From: Leucoraja ocellata
Lineage: Eukaryota
Reading direction: 5' to 3'
DNA: 64,000 bases
NCBI GenBank assembly: GCA_036785375.1
Contig: JAWMAR010000289.1
Coordinates: 2,604,001 to 2,668,000, forward strand
The notes below the pieces were generated by a model. It ran no database searches. It saw only the letters and a list, made by a program, of their open reading frames with translations, and had not been told where the DNA came from. The stretch's first letter is position 1. Every line of letters starts with the position of its first letter. The translations under genes and the position numbers were made by a program. Below are positions 12,026 through 26,090 of this stretch, in pieces.

Positions 12026-14829
12026 TTTTGAATGGTCCAACAACCCTCTCATCAAAATATATTTCTCCCAAGGTCTCACCTCACTACCTTTGCCAAAAAT
12101 TTTAAACCAATGCTCTCTCATTGTCAACCCCCCAGTCAAATGACCATCATCATTTTGAACAATGTAATAAAATGGAAAGATGGAGGAAAGAGCTGTAGAT
12201 GCTGGTTTCAAATGGAAACATGTTTATTCCTGGAGTGATATAAGAATTGCCTAAATAGTAGTAGGAATATTTCAAAGGTTCATCAATCTTTCCAAGAATG
12301 GAATGTCTTTGCTGGGAATGAACAGATTGTTTTGTACAAAAAATGTCCCGTTGCTGTAGTGATGACCGGACAAACTTAACACCTGACAGGAACTCCTAGA
12401 AATAGTGCTCACTGTTCATCACACACTTGAGTAATGTATGCACACTCCACTCGTTGCCTATCCTGCTTCAATCTTGGTATTCTCTGGATCTGTCACAAAA
12501 CCAGGAGTGGAGTATGGAATAGCAAAAAGCAAGAATACAGCTTGGAGTCAAGACAAGGATAGGTTAAACCCCCTTTTGAGAATAATCTCTCTGAACATAC
12601 CACAAAGTAAAGCAGAAATGGAGATTACCAAACATGGAACTCTTTGATGTCTCTGGTTTATAAACTTTAAGTAGAAAATAAAAATAAGTATAATTTTCTA
12701 CGAAAGGGCAAAGGAACGTGACACAGTTTCATTTGAAACACCAGCAGCAATGCTTAAATCTTGTTCACCCATTAGTACATTGCTATCATTATTTTCAACC
12801 ATTTATAAAGGGTCAATAAATAATAAACAAGTTTTCTTCCAAACTTCCGTCTTTCAAATATTACAAGACTTTGCTCGGTTATTTCTTGTCCACTGCTGTT
12901 TTTAAACTTCTTTCAATAATAAGTAATTATTGTATTATTCAACTTCATATTTACAGCAAAGTAAATACATATGTGTTTCAATTATACTGGTGGATTTTCC
13001 TTCATAAGAGTGCTATTTTTGCAATGTTAACTGATGCTGGTTTCTTGCATCATATAGCTTTGTGTCTTGGACATTTAAATTCTGATAACACCTAGTCTTT
13101 TGCAAGGTTTGTGTCCTGCAGAAAAGGGGCTGATATGTCTGGGGTGAGAATTTAGACTGAGATTTTGTCTGGAGGCGCACAGCACGGTCGAGTAACTTTG
13201 AAGTGAACTCCAAAATTATAATAGTGAACACTGCCTCTTATAACCAACACATCCCGAGCAAAGTCACCACTGCTCTCCCAGCTGCTCACTTAGAAGGAGG
13301 TTTAAAAACATGCAAGAAGGGAAACATCATAGTCTAATGATATCATTGAAGGGAAACTAAAACAAGAGTTTGAAGAGCCAATGAACATCTGCTAGCTATG
13401 AGCAGCTGGCCTGATTCCTAGATCAACTCCAAAGACCACCAACAGATCAAAGGTGTAACATTTCATCATTTTGTCATCCACCAATACCGCTGCCCCCACC
13501 CTATCTCTCCATCTGAAAAACAAATTTTTGAAGTGTATTTATCACCAGCAAAGCAGCATCATTTTGTTATATTTTTCGACAATAACATCAAATAACCTTG
13601 CGTAGTATCTCAGAAAACCACAATAGATGTATAGTATGTTCCAGAGGGTCTCATAATGTTTTTAATCGTTTTAAGAAAGTGCTTTCTACAGTAGATTTCA
13701 TCTCAGAGAATAGGCTCCATGCTGTTTTTTTTCAGTGTATTTTCATTTGCAGAAAAATACTAAAATTGTCTCCAGATGTCCTTGGATCCTAAGCTTGCCT
13801 GGTTTTGTTTTCCTTTCATGGTATATTATACTGTTTTATTACTTGCCCCTCGTGCAGGGCAGCTCACAAACCACCTGCTGTCAGAAAATTTTACTTCAAA
13901 CCAATCCTGTAAAGCGAAATGGCTCTGGAACCTCCACCCCGTCACAAAAGTGGCTACTGAGTTTCCTGAAATTCCCTCACCTTTCCAAGAGTAGAAGCTC
14001 AGATGTTGTTCACTGTAAACAGCAACTCTTCACTGACAAAACAATTGGGGACAAACTTGGGGAAACTGAGGGGAGCACAGTGCTGCAATGTTGGCACCAT
14101 ATTAAAAAATGTCCATGCAAATGGGCTGGATTGTAAAAGCCATTGCATCAAAGCCTGGAGGGCATTCTATTCTTGACTATTAGAGATATCCTTTTTGTGT
14201 GTGTGTGTGTGTGTGCGAGAATTTTCCACACATTTTCTCATATCCAAAATCCAAGTATGGAGAGGTTAAAGTGCTTGAAACATACATGCAAGACTAAAAC
14301 TAAAATGAACACATCCACTTAACTTGTCTAGTCTATAAAAGATGGCAACGTTTTCCAAGTATTATAAAAAATGTTGTGCTCTATAAACAGACTGTATGGA
14401 AACTGTGGAGCGTCTAATCACAATGAATCTCCTGAGCCTTGTTTATGGTCAGTCTGAGGAAATGTGGGTAGACACATCTGGGTGTAAAGACGGAAATAAA
14501 AGTCAGGTGGTTTTCATGACGCGAGGTCAAACTTCATGTGTCTTTGCCATGTTTATTGTAACAGATGCATATTTGTAAGAAAGCCCATTTAAGATAATTG
14601 CTGAATTTAGGATAATTGGGAAAAAGTGACAGAGGTAAGATTAGGAGGTTTTCTTTAAAAACACAACATGTTGTTGTAATCTGAGTACTTTTCAATCTTC
14701 AAACTTTTCAATCTCGTTCCATTCTGTACAGACAATGGGAGCAGATTGCCAACGTGACTTCAAAGAGAAATTTAAACAAAGCACTTGAAAAGAAAATGAT
14801 ATAAAGCAATGGAGAAAGACAAGGCGTTA

Positions 14830-14925
14830 AGTCTGAAGAAGGGTCTCGACCCAAAACATCGCCTATTCCTTCGCTCCATAGATGCTGCATCACCCACTGA
14901 GTTTCTCCAGCTTTTTTGTCTACCC
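14830..14925 (+). mobile_element. Penelope-terminus repeat
   Basis: GTCTGAAGAAGGGTCTCGACCCAAAACATCGCC...GTCTACC. Confidence 0.8.
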
Positions 14926-15139
14926 AAGACTAATAAGGCAGCACTTTTCAAAGAAATGGTACAATGGACTACATGGCCTCCTTCTATGATGCATGACACA
15001 ATGATAGTGATGTACAATGCAATGGCAAAACAAATCTCATGAAATCACAACATGCCAAAACATTCTTTAGATCCAGCAAAGATCAGGCATAGAAATGGGT
15101 CTTTCGGCTCACAAACACATTCCAATCTCCACATATGAG

Positions 15140-16340
15140 TCATAAAGCCATAGTTTCAACAACACAGAAACAGCCCATTTGGCCCAAATGCCCACTCTGA
15201 CTAAGATGAACCTGCCTGCAATGGGCCCATATCCCACCATGTAACTCCAATCTATATAACTGCCCAAATGTATTTTTGTAATGCTGGTATAGTAACTGCT
15301 CTGGCAGCTCATTCCATATACTCCTCAGGAAAAATTTTCCCCTCAGATTCTTATTAAATCTGTCCTCAATCACGTTAAACGTTTGGCTTCTCTTCTTGAT
15401 TTCCCTCCTCTATGTAAAAGACTTTGTGCAGTCACTCAATCTATTCTCCTTATAATTTTATACACCTCTATAAGATTACCCTGAGCCACATCTGCTTTAT
15501 TTCAATCCTACCCTGCTCAACCTCTCCTCAAGTCGCTCAGGTCCTCAAGTCCTGACACCATCCTCGTAAGTCTGCTCTGCATTCTTTGAAGCTTTTCAAC
15601 ATCCTTCCTATAGCACGATGGACGAAACTGAACACAGTACTCCAAATGCACCCTCACCGACGTCTTTTATAACAGTAACATGACATCCTAACTTTTATAC
15701 TCAATTCCCGGACTGACAAAGGCCTTCTTGGAAAGTCGTCTTGGCCACCCTATCCGCCGGTGGTGCCACTTTCAGAGAACAAATGCACTCCTTGATCCCT
15801 CTGTTCTACAACACTCCTCAGGGCCCTGCCATTCACTGTGAAGTTCCTTCCCAGGTGTGAATTCCTAAAATGCAACACCTTGCATTTATATGCAATAAAT
15901 TCCATTAACCATAAATTCTTCAGCCCACTTGCCTAACTGATCAAAATTTTTGCTAAACATCTTTGCCAGCTACGATACCACCCAGTTTAGGGTCATTGCA
16001 ATATTACTAATCAGGCTTTGTATATTCTCATCCAAATCCCTGATATAAGCTACAAACAACAATGGGCCAATTCTCTATCCGGCTGGCTAGCTCTTCTTGG
16101 ATGCCATGTGATCCAAACTTCCAGAGTAGTTTGCTAAGTAGTAAGCTATCAAATGCTTTGCTAAGGTCCATATAAACAACATCTATGGCCTTAACCTCAT
16201 CAACCTCTTTGGTTACTTCTTCAAAAAACCCAATCAGACATGTAAGACATGATGTCCCATGGACAAAACCATGCTGCCTTTCCCTAATCGGCCCTTCTAT
16301 GTCCAAATGCATATATATCTCACCCCTCAGAATACTCTCC
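15140..16340 (-). mobile_element. CR1 LINE 3' fragment (decayed RT)
   Basis: QHGFVHGTSCLTCLIGFFEEVTK.VDE..AIDVVYMDLSKAFD motif in ORF 16028-16360, with the CR1 C-terminus downstream. Confidence 0.92.
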
Positions 16341-16539
16341 ATATGTGCTTCAGACTTCACCTCTCACGTGGACACTAGGGCCAATAAACATTGCCCATTG
16401 ATAAATCAAACTGAAATGGCACGCAGTCAAAAGAACATGCAAACTCCACATTCCTTTGCAGCTCAGGTTAGAAACCACATCACTGGAGCTAGACAGTTGC
16501 TCTGCTCACTAACTACGCTAAGTTTTGGCATAGGTTTCT

Positions 16540-16923
16540 TATAGATACATATAAAATCCTTAAAGGATAAGACAGGCTAGATGCAGGAAAAATGTTCTCA
16601 ATGTTGGGGGAGTCTAGAACCAGGGGTCACAGTTTAAGAATATGTGGTAGGCCATTTAGGACTGAGATGAGGAAAAACTTCTTCATCCAGAGAGTTGTGA
16701 ATTTGTGGAATTCTCTGCCACAGAAGGAAATGGAGGCCATTTCAGTGGATGTTTTCATGAGAGAGTTAGATTTAGCTCTTAGGGCTAAAGGAATTAAGGG
16801 ATATGGGGAAAAAGTAGGAACGGGGTACTGACTTTAGATGATCAGCAATTATCATATTGAATGGCGGTGCTGGCTCGAAGGGCCAAATCGCCTACTCCTG
16901 CATCTATTTTTCTATGTTTCTAT
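16540..16923 (+). mobile_element. CR1 LINE 3' end
   Basis: SRTRGHSLRI...RKNFF.QRVVNLWNSLPQ; TTCTATGT tail. Confidence 0.92.
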
Positions 16924-17156
16924 AAGGAAGACAGCATCATAGAAAAGTATTACCTACTGAGTTAATGGTGATGGGGCCCTGGCCATTTTAACACGGTACA
17001 AAAACGTGAATGAAACTATGAGGCACTGTCCCATGCCACCAGTAAGTGTGAGATATGGAACTGACACCTGATCTGGTCTGTTCCCCCATTTTGTCCATCC
17101 ACAAATGAGATTCCCAGTGCTAACTTGGGAAAGAACCATCAGAAACGTCACCTGTT

Positions 17157-17290
17157 GTCTGAAGAAGAGTCTCGAGCCGAAGCGCCACCCATTCCTTCTC
17201 TCCAGAGATGCTGGCTACTGCGCTGAGTTACTACAGTATTTTGTGTCTATCTTCAGTTTAAACCAGCATCTGCAGTTCCTTCCTACACAC
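17157..17290 (+). mobile_element. Penelope-terminus repeat
   Basis: GTCTGAAGAAGAGTCTCGAGCCGAAGC...CTGCAGTTCCTTCCTACAC. Confidence 0.8.
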
Positions 17291-18097
17291 TTCCCTAAAG
17301 CTCAGCTGATTGACGGTCCCAGTTTCCATTCCAGAACTACACCAAGTTAGTCAAGCACAGGCAAGGCAGAGACATTACAACCACTGTCCATAACTGTGAC
17401 AGGAAGAATATCAGAGATTCTTTCCATCCTGAACACAGGGAGGAATAAATAGACACAAAGGCCACCATTTCCAGCAGTCGTTGCTTGAGTAGATGTCAGC
17501 TGAAGACGGGATAAGCATTACTGGGGAATCTGGACAATTAAACTGTTACACTCAACTCACACTCTCCTGGAAGATTTTAGAAGACTCGGCCAGGTATGTC
17601 CCAAAGTCAACCCACCCTCCTCCCCCTCCCGCTCATGATCAACGGCCTGAGAGGCTCGAGAAACTGTTGCTTCCATTAGCTCAGGTCAAATGATGTGTGA
17701 AATGTATTGCGCAGTGAAAGAAGTATCTGGCTGTGTAAAGCTCTAGTACCTTTGGTGTAAAGGGCTGGAGCTGCAAATGAGCTTGTTCTTAATGCAGCAA
17801 AGAAGTCATGCAATGCATGATCTTTATATCTCACATTGTGCTTCACAGCCAAATACTTTTGAAGGGTAGTCACTATTGTAATGGAACATCCTTAAACCTT
17901 GGCAATAACTGGCCATAGTTTAGCCAGCCTGTTATTTAGAAATTCCCTTGCTTTAGCTTCTCCAGCAAGCACACAGCAGTTCCTGGTTTACTCCCCAGAG
18001 GTTGATTTTTCTCACACTATCATCATGACTTCCTTTTAACTGAGGTCGCTGATGCTTCAACATCTAACCTATCTTTGGCATGGATCAAATAAAGCTG

Positions 18098-18180
18098 GTG
18101 TGTGCGTGAGTGTGCGTGTACGTGTGTGTGTGTGTGTGTGTGCGTGTGTGTGTGTGTGTGCCATATACGTGCGTGTGTCT
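18098..18180. repeat. (TG)n microsatellite, imperfect
   Basis: Direct reading. Confidence 0.95.
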
Positions 18181-19106
18181 TTTTCTTTGTGTGTCTGGAT
18201 CTTTCTCTGTTCATGTGTCTGCTTTTTTCTCCTGTGCACCTCTGCTAGTATGCACGTGTCTTTCTCTTTGTGTATGCGTGTGTCGCAAATCAAATGAAAT
18301 TAAACATTAAAATCCTGTCAAACTCTAAAAGTGGATCTTCTGATAAGTAGGACAGTGGCTGCTTTTGAACAAAAAAACATTGAGCAGGCAGACTAAAGAT
18401 TAGAAGATCCTCCCTCGTCCTCTTAGAAACATCAGCTGTACACATGAAGGGCAGTTGCACATCGCTCCTATTTTTCAGCAAGCAGTATGCCTTCAAAGCA
18501 AATAAAAACAATCTCTCCCCCCCCCCCCCCAACCCTTCCACCCTGACCTCCACAGAAGACAATTTGAGACACTCATTAACATCATTTTTACATAGCTTGA
18601 GTAATTCATGTTAAACTAAGTTTTAATGGCTTCCAACAGAATTGTTTCTCACAGTCTCCTACATCAAAGGCTGGTTGTTCTCTCCGAGCTATGTAAGAAA
18701 TGTGTCAAGTGCTGTCAACATGAAGGAAGAAGCCTCACTTGACAAGCTTTGTATCTGAGAATGAAACAACTTCATCCCACACCATTATACGTGCCTCTGA
18801 AGTTACATGCATTCCAGCTACTCTTACTGTCTCAGTTTATGTTTGAAAATATGACAATTTATACAAGAAGATTGTTTTACTCTTCTTCACTACATGTTAA
18901 TTAAAGAACACTCTCAGCTGAAGCAGAAGACTGTAAAATAGAATCTCAATGACTTTGAATAAAATATGTCCACAATTAATTCTAACAGAAAATCCAAGGT
19001 CCAAATTGCCATTTAGAGAAAAGGAATCTCACATAAACAACTACTTTCATTGTGCCACACCAAATTAACATTTTATGTGTAGGTCCAGACAGTGGTTTAT
19101 CTATAA

Positions 19107-19240
19107 TTAGGGGTTATGGGGGAAAGGCAGGACAATGGGGTTGAGAGGGAAAGATAGATCAGCCATGATTGAATGGCGGAGTAGACTTGATGGGGAGAAT
19201 GGGCTGTTTCTGCTCTTATAACTTATGAACTTATGAACTT
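19107..19240 (+). mobile_element. CR1 3' tail
   Basis: GATCAGCCATGATTGAATGGCGGAGTAGAC; (ACTTATGA)n tail. Confidence 0.75.
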
Positions 19241-20714
19241 CAAAGATCAACGTACATTTTGTTGAGCATTCCATTCTTAAATTGCTTAGCCCAAATCACA
19301 AAGCTATTGGGTAGTTTCCATATCCTCAGCCAATGATTCACTGAGTTTATCCAAACGAACCGGAATGATTGTAGCATTTTTCCTTGATTGATCCTGACCA
19401 CGATTTCCCAACTTGTCTCAACACCTCAGAGTAAACTAAGATTAAAAAAAAACCACAGGTCTAAGCAATGCAGTTTAATCAGCTCATAAAAATGGCAGTC
19501 AACACCTTGTGGTTCATCTCTGGACATGATAAGAGTTTACAGGGTGAGGTCACATCAAATATATGGAGAGACACCTGGAATACAGCAGACGGTCTTGGAC
19601 TCCTTAAAAGGACTTAGGAGGAAATGTATATTTAAAATATTATACCATCAGAACTGTGATAAGTTGAGCATGCTGGGGCACGTCTCTCAAAGACAGGACT
19701 GGGAAGTGCCCTATTGATGGGTTGTAGGATTCTGAAGGGGTTTCGCTGATTAGATACAGAGAGAATATTTCTGCTTGTGCAGAGGTTAAAACCAAGGGCC
19801 AGAATATAATGCAGTTATTGACAAATCTAAGAAGAAGCTTCTACCCACAAAATGGATGGAATGTAGAAATTGCCATGGCATGGAATTGGGGTTTTGTGTA
19901 TTCAAGGGCATTTAATAAAGGTGTGAAGGAAAATGGACTAGAAGTATATATTAAGACACTCAGATGAAGGGGTTATTCTGCAAAAAATATATACTGTTTT
20001 GGAACAGTTAGGCTAAATGGCCAACCAGTTGCTGTGCTTTACCAGCCTGATGAGTGATCACTGGTATAAGACAGAATTGGCCCTGTTACCTCCCTGCAAT
20101 TTCAAGGCGCATGTGAAGAACAGGAACTCTGGAACGGTAAAAGGTGCTCTTCGGAAACAGAAGAGGGAAGTTGTAATGAAAACGGCAGGAGTAACAAATG
20201 TCAAACTTCTTCACTCTTTCAATTTAGCTTCTGTGTGTTGTTGCTTGCAGACACAAACCTACCCCGCCCCCCCCAATGCACCAGCCTGGGGTTCGCGGCA
20301 CGTGTGGTCTCCAGCAAGGAATACAAATGGTGTCATAGTGGAGCTCCATCTCACATTCCTCTGGAACGCTACATGTAAAGGTTTCAGCACTGGCAACTGG
20401 ATAGCACCAAGCATTTCTTGTGAAAGTTTTGTACTACCTAATCCGATGGTACTGAGGCCCAATGAGCAACTTCAGTTCAAAACCAAATGAATCCAGCAGA
20501 GATATTCAAAATCAAACAGAAACTGGTATTAAGCCTATGCAGCTTAATACCAAAAACTGCAATGAATGTATTGATTCAGTGAATAAAGAAGTAAATAGCA
20601 TTACAGCCATTTCTGGTAAATAGTTTGCAACGTGAAATTTTGTAAATCAAAATGGCTGGACGATAGTTATTGTGGGAACTTTAGAACAATCTATTCCAAT
20701 GCATGGACATGTTG

Positions 20715-21030
20715 ATGTCTCACAGCTCCAATGATTTGGGTTTGATTCTGATCTCAGGTGCTGAATGTATAGAGTTTTTATGTTCTATTCTTGACCATGT
20801 GAGTTTCTGTCGGGTGCCCTGGCTTCCGCCCACATCTGAAAGATTTACTGAAAGGGTTAATTAGCCACCATAGATAAATAGTAAACAAATGAAAAGGGAG
20901 TTGATGGTTAAGTGAGAGAGAATAATTTGCAGGGATATAAAGAGAGGGAGGATGTAAATGATGGGATTGGTTTGCTGGGGACTGGCATGGACTCAGTGTG
21001 CTGAATGGCCTCCTTCTGTGTCAAGATAAG
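20715..21030 (+). mobile_element. Older HE1-like SINE
   Basis: Diverged head GGGTTTGATTCTGATC; tail CTGAATGGCCTCCTTCTGTG. Confidence 0.6.
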
Positions 21031-22368
21031 TTAATACGAGAGTTGTGCACTATTTGTCACAGAGAAGAAAGCTTCAAAAATCAACCACACGCACTGCAAA
21101 GAATCAATGGCGTTATAGCAAAAATTCATAAAAAAAGGAATATATAGACTATAATCATGGAAAGCCTAATGTTTCTCTGTGGGTAAGAAAATTCTATTGT
21201 TCAGTTCTCGTACAGCAATCCACTGCAATTGTTGTGACAGCATTGGGAGGCAACTTTAACTTGACCAGCCCATTTCAAAACTGAAGAGGTCACATTACCC
21301 CAAGCTCAACCTTTCATTTTGCATTAAAAAATGGAATATGTTATTGAACAAAGTGCAAAGCTGGCAATCCACTTGAGGCTGTGGGTTTCCCACCAAGCTA
21401 ATTAGGGTAAGTTAATATGCAGAATCCATGATTGTTTAAGACAATGATGCATTCTAGAGACTGGGAAAATTCTCCTGTATCCTGAACAGGTAGAATCTTG
21501 TTGCTGCCGTTGACAAATCATGGCACAAAACACATTAGGCACTACCAGAGAATAAATGATTGGTAGCTGACTAATTAAGAATGATCCAGAGAAGCAGTAT
21601 TCATATGTATACTCGCCTAGAGACTGCAGCAGAAGATTGTGCTGCTCAGAGTACTTCTCCCTGAAACTGTATAAACTAGGCCAATTTGGTCAGGGAAGAG
21701 GCACCTCAGTATTGCTTGTTAATAGGATTTCTCAATCACAGAATTAATTTGGAAAAAAAATCAATCAAGATAGGCCTAAAGGTGGGATCATGAACATACG
21801 GGCAGATCAAATGGTTTAGAGGTGTGATGTTCAATGGATTTGCAACAGACAAGCTAGTCAAAGAGTGGGCTTCCAGCTGCAGCCCAGCCCGTCAGACGGG
21901 CATTTCGTCAATCACGCTGAAGTAAGCTTGCCCTCATCCGGTTTGTTGTAATCTCTAAATTCATTGTTTCTAAATTAAAGAAAATAAACCAAAACGTACA
22001 TGAAGCCACTTAACTTTTATTACAGAATAGAAGTGATTACTTTTCTGCACAAAAGAGCTAATTAATCTCAGCTGCCTCAGGATTTTCCTCTTGATGTCTC
22101 AGAGGCTCATGGAAGGGGAGGAGACAGAGGGGCCACTCATCAGCATCCCTTGGAGTTAACAGCTGTCAATGCATTATTCCAAAGGTATCGCCATCATCTA
22201 TCCCCTTTTAGAGTCATAGTCATAGAGTGATATAGTGTGGAAACAGGCCCCTTCAGCCCAATTTGCCCACACCGGCCAACATGTCCCAGCTACACTAGTC
22301 CCACCTGCCTGCACTTGGTCCATGTCCCTCCAAACTTGTCCTATCCATGGACCAATCTAACTGTTCTT

Positions 22369-22659
22369 CGATTACCTTCAATTACCTACGATAGTATTAC
22401 GACCTACCTTGACTAAACCTACGAGTAAAAAAATATCAATTTTTTCCATGGCGACCTTTTTTTACTCGCGGGCATTTTTCAGCATATTGAAAAAAATGCC
22501 ACGACCTAGCTGAGGCCTCGAGTACGTGGGGACTACTCTCAAGCATGAAGGAGAGTTACAAAGACCTCCTAGGACCTCGTGTCGACCATGCTGCGAGTAT
22601 GATGCGAGGGCAAATTCTTCTAAACTCGCAAATTAGGTCGCCGCAGTGGGACAGGCCCT
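22369..22659. mobile_element. Harbinger-type MITE, left end missing
   Basis: Right terminus CAGTGGGACAGGCCCT, followed by SINE sequence (GGCAGCAACTCT...GCGCCACTGT). Confidence 0.7.
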
Positions 22660-23364
22660 TACGGCAGCAACTCTATCGCTGCGCCACTGTATCGCACAAG
22701 GTGTAAGGTAACGGCGTTACTAGCTGTGCCAATTTGCATGGGAAGTAATTAATGGGGATAGTTAACAGCAATATTAAAAGCTTGTTGTCATTTCAATGTC
22801 AGTGTAGAGGTTGAAATTAGTATTGTTTGAAGTAGGTGGTGGTGGTAATGCAGAGGTATTGGAGAAACAAATGAGTATTCACTAAATCTGAATGAAAACC
22901 ATTTAATGATTCAAATATCATATTTACTTCTCTTTTACTACATTGATTATGTTAACAATTTGCCATCAATTGCTATGACTTTATTTGCATTCTGCAAAGT
23001 ACGCTGAATATTACTGAGTCTCTTAATGTCCTTTCCCACTGAAGGTGAGAGCTTGTTTTTAACAGGCCATGTGGCTGCAAGGCAGGCCTTGAAAGCATAG
23101 CGTTACAGCTCAGAAAAAAACAGTCTAGCTTCAACAAAGCATGAATTATTCCATGTTCCCTTGTTAAACAATGTACATACAACAATACGTTCTGAAAGTT
23201 AAGAACATTTCTGCATGTACATTTCTGGCATTTCGACATCTTGACAATAATATCAGCAAGTCAAAGCCTCTTAAAATATGATGATTCCTAACATATCTAT
23301 AGTGGGCATCTCATTATTGCAGCAAGACATGAAATAAAATTATTTTTATATTTTCGTATTTTTT

Positions 23365-23635
23365 AAGTTTAGAGATACAGCACGGACACAGGCCCTTCGG
23401 CCCACCGAGTCCGAGCCAGCCAGTAATCACCGCACACTAGCACTATCCTACACATACAAGGGAAAGTTTACAAATAAACCAAACCAATTAACCTACAAAC
23501 CTATAAGTCTATGGAGTGTGGGAGGAAACGGGAGATCCCGGAGAAAACCCACACGGTCAAGAGGAGATACTCCGTACAAACAGCATCAGTAGAACCCGGG
23601 TCTCTGGCGCTGTGCCGCTGCGCCACCATGCTGTC
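23365..23635 (-). mobile_element. HE1-type SINE
   Basis: Same body motifs. Confidence 0.85.
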
Positions 23636-24976
23636 CCGATATGAACATTAATACAGGTGAGCTTTATGAGTTTCCCTACTGCATACAAGAGGAAATCTGG
23701 ATTTTCTTATTCTGAGGAGACCTCAACATTTTTGTCTGAATCACCGTAATTCTGGAACCTTTGCACTTTTTCCAGATAACTTATTTATAACCAATTCCAA
23801 GTAATATTCCTCACAAATGACATTGGGATGGTGATCCTTTTCTCCTGACCAGCTAATTAACTGAAGCTTGAACAGCATCAACTAAACAAGCTTGAAACAA
23901 TCCGGACAATCAGGCCATCCTAAATAAATGGGGCGGGGGGAAGTACGCACTGGAATTGTTGATGCATACTGATTTCTAAAATAAGAATTAACCAAAATCA
24001 GAAAAATTAAGCAGATAAGCTTTCCTGCAACATGATTATTTAAAAAAAATGTTTTAACTTCATAGGAATAATTTGACTGGAAAATGGATGACACAGTAGT
24101 GACATTTCTATGCATTAGTCGAGTTAACCTGGACTGTCTTCCACTTTCGACTGTCAGCAGGTGAAATTGGACTGGGCCCTGTGAGCAATTCAGATGAGTC
24201 ATGGAGTCATGCCGCACATAAACTGGCCCTTCAGCCCAGCCCGCTCATGCTAACCATCAGGTACTATATTTATGTACTTGAGAGAAGAGTGGAGACCCAG
24301 TGTCCAAGTGATGTGAGTGCAGGCTGGAGAACGGAAGGAGCAAGGGGAAGAGGAAGGTTACCAGGGGAGGTCCTAGCAGAACAGCAGTAGCCTTATATCC
24401 CAGCTGTGCAGAAGAAGGAGCCACCGATTGCATGGGCGATGAAGAGATAGAGATATGTTTTTCATTAAGTGTCTGCATGATCCAAAGCCCCACATTCTAC
24501 TCATTGACTCTGTCCAGACCACAGTGCGTTGCTCTCATACTGGTGAGAGAGCCCAGGTAACACATTATAATTCCTCACAACCTTCTTGGTAGAATGTCCT
24601 GCACCAGTTGAGCAGATCACTGAACAAATCATTGATTCAACTACTGGAATGCCTTGCTACAGCTTATTTCAGCAGCATGTTTCTCACCTTGACTGTTTTG
24701 GGGAGGAGGGTGTGACATTTATTTGAGCATTGCTTAAATGGATGGGGATTCTCCTCCAGGAGACAAATAGAACCACATTATGTCAGACTCTGCTGGTGAG
24801 GTCTCCTGGACCTGCAACATGCAGGACCTCCACTCGGACGGGTAGGACCTCCAAGAAGACATTTATCTCACCGATCAGAATGCCCGAGTGCTTTCACCAA
24901 TCTCAGGACTCATTTCCTTCCCACTGCAGCCTCTGCCTCCTCCAAATGTGCTTGGTTGCCTTAGGAGTGTACCTTT

Positions 24977-25060
24977 AGCCATGATCATATTGAATGGCGG
25001 TGCAGGCTCGAAGGGCCGAATGGTCTACTCCTGCACCTACTTTCTATGTTTCTATGTTTC
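24977..25060 (+). mobile_element. CR1 3' tail fragment, followed by a Penelope-terminus remnant to ~25150
   Basis: Same tail motif and TTCTATGT repeats. Confidence 0.85.
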
Positions 25061-26090
25061 AAAGAAGCTGCCTGACCCGCTTAGTTCCTCCAGCACGTTG
25101 TGCTCTACGTAAAATTCCAGCCTTTGCTGTTCCTTGTGTCTACATCTCTCTGTCTTTATTGTGGTTCTGTTCATCTGAAAGATAGGTAATTTCTTGACTC
25201 TTGACATTTTATGGACTATAAACGTAACAGAGCCCCACAACACACGTAATTTGATCAATCAGAGTCTGCCTTACACATGAAACCTTTTGCATATAGAGAC
25301 TTAATTTATGGTAAAATAAAAAGTTGTAAATTGTACAACCGTTGGATCATTTCTACAGGCGAAGCACATTCAAGCCACCATGCACATCAATCAGACCAAT
25401 AAACTACATTTTTATGATTATGAAATTTGCTTCAATGCAATCTAGATTTTGTTTTAAATGAATGATTCAATATGATTCAATACCCCTTCTGTTGGTCTCG
25501 TTTTTCATGTATTAGTACATCTGTTCAAAATGGTACTCATAATGAGAATATACCAAGAGTAACTGTGAATAATAAACACTAACAGATCGGAATGACATTA
25601 ATAATTTCATTATGGAGTGCTAGCAACTAATTGTGATCTTTAATTGCACACAGTTTTCTTTGCAGTTTTCAAGGTTCAAAAGAAATATGCACAACATCAG
25701 CAATATAAATGTAGATAGGCCCGGATGTTCTGCGTCAACAAAATAAAAATAAAAAATTCCTGTGGCTCAAAGCACATGTGTGTTGGAGTTCTCACCCTCA
25801 AAACATTCTATTGGACCCAAGGCCCAAGGCGTTGTGGACTGCAGAATTAGTCTCACATACTTTGTTTGCAGAAATGTCTGTCTGCTGCACACTTTGTCAC
25901 CGGCAGGTTTAAAGCAATCCTGGGTATGGTGAGTGGTGTTAGAGGGATAGCATGGGTCAGGTGTTGCAAAACTTGGTTTATGGTGCAGAGACGTCCCGGA
26001 GTTGAGAGGCTTCAGTCAGGGAAGGAGGAGAGGGACCAGAGCCACAATAGTCAGTTTGGGGAAATACAGGAGAGGGCTGGATGGTTGTTG

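Noticed and set aside
18023-18310. HT/CV-repeat ORFs
   Set aside because: Translation of the (TG)n microsatellite.
20017-20490. 157-aa ATG ORF
   Set aside because: Begins in an old CR1 tail remnant. No recognisable protein similarity or exon structure.
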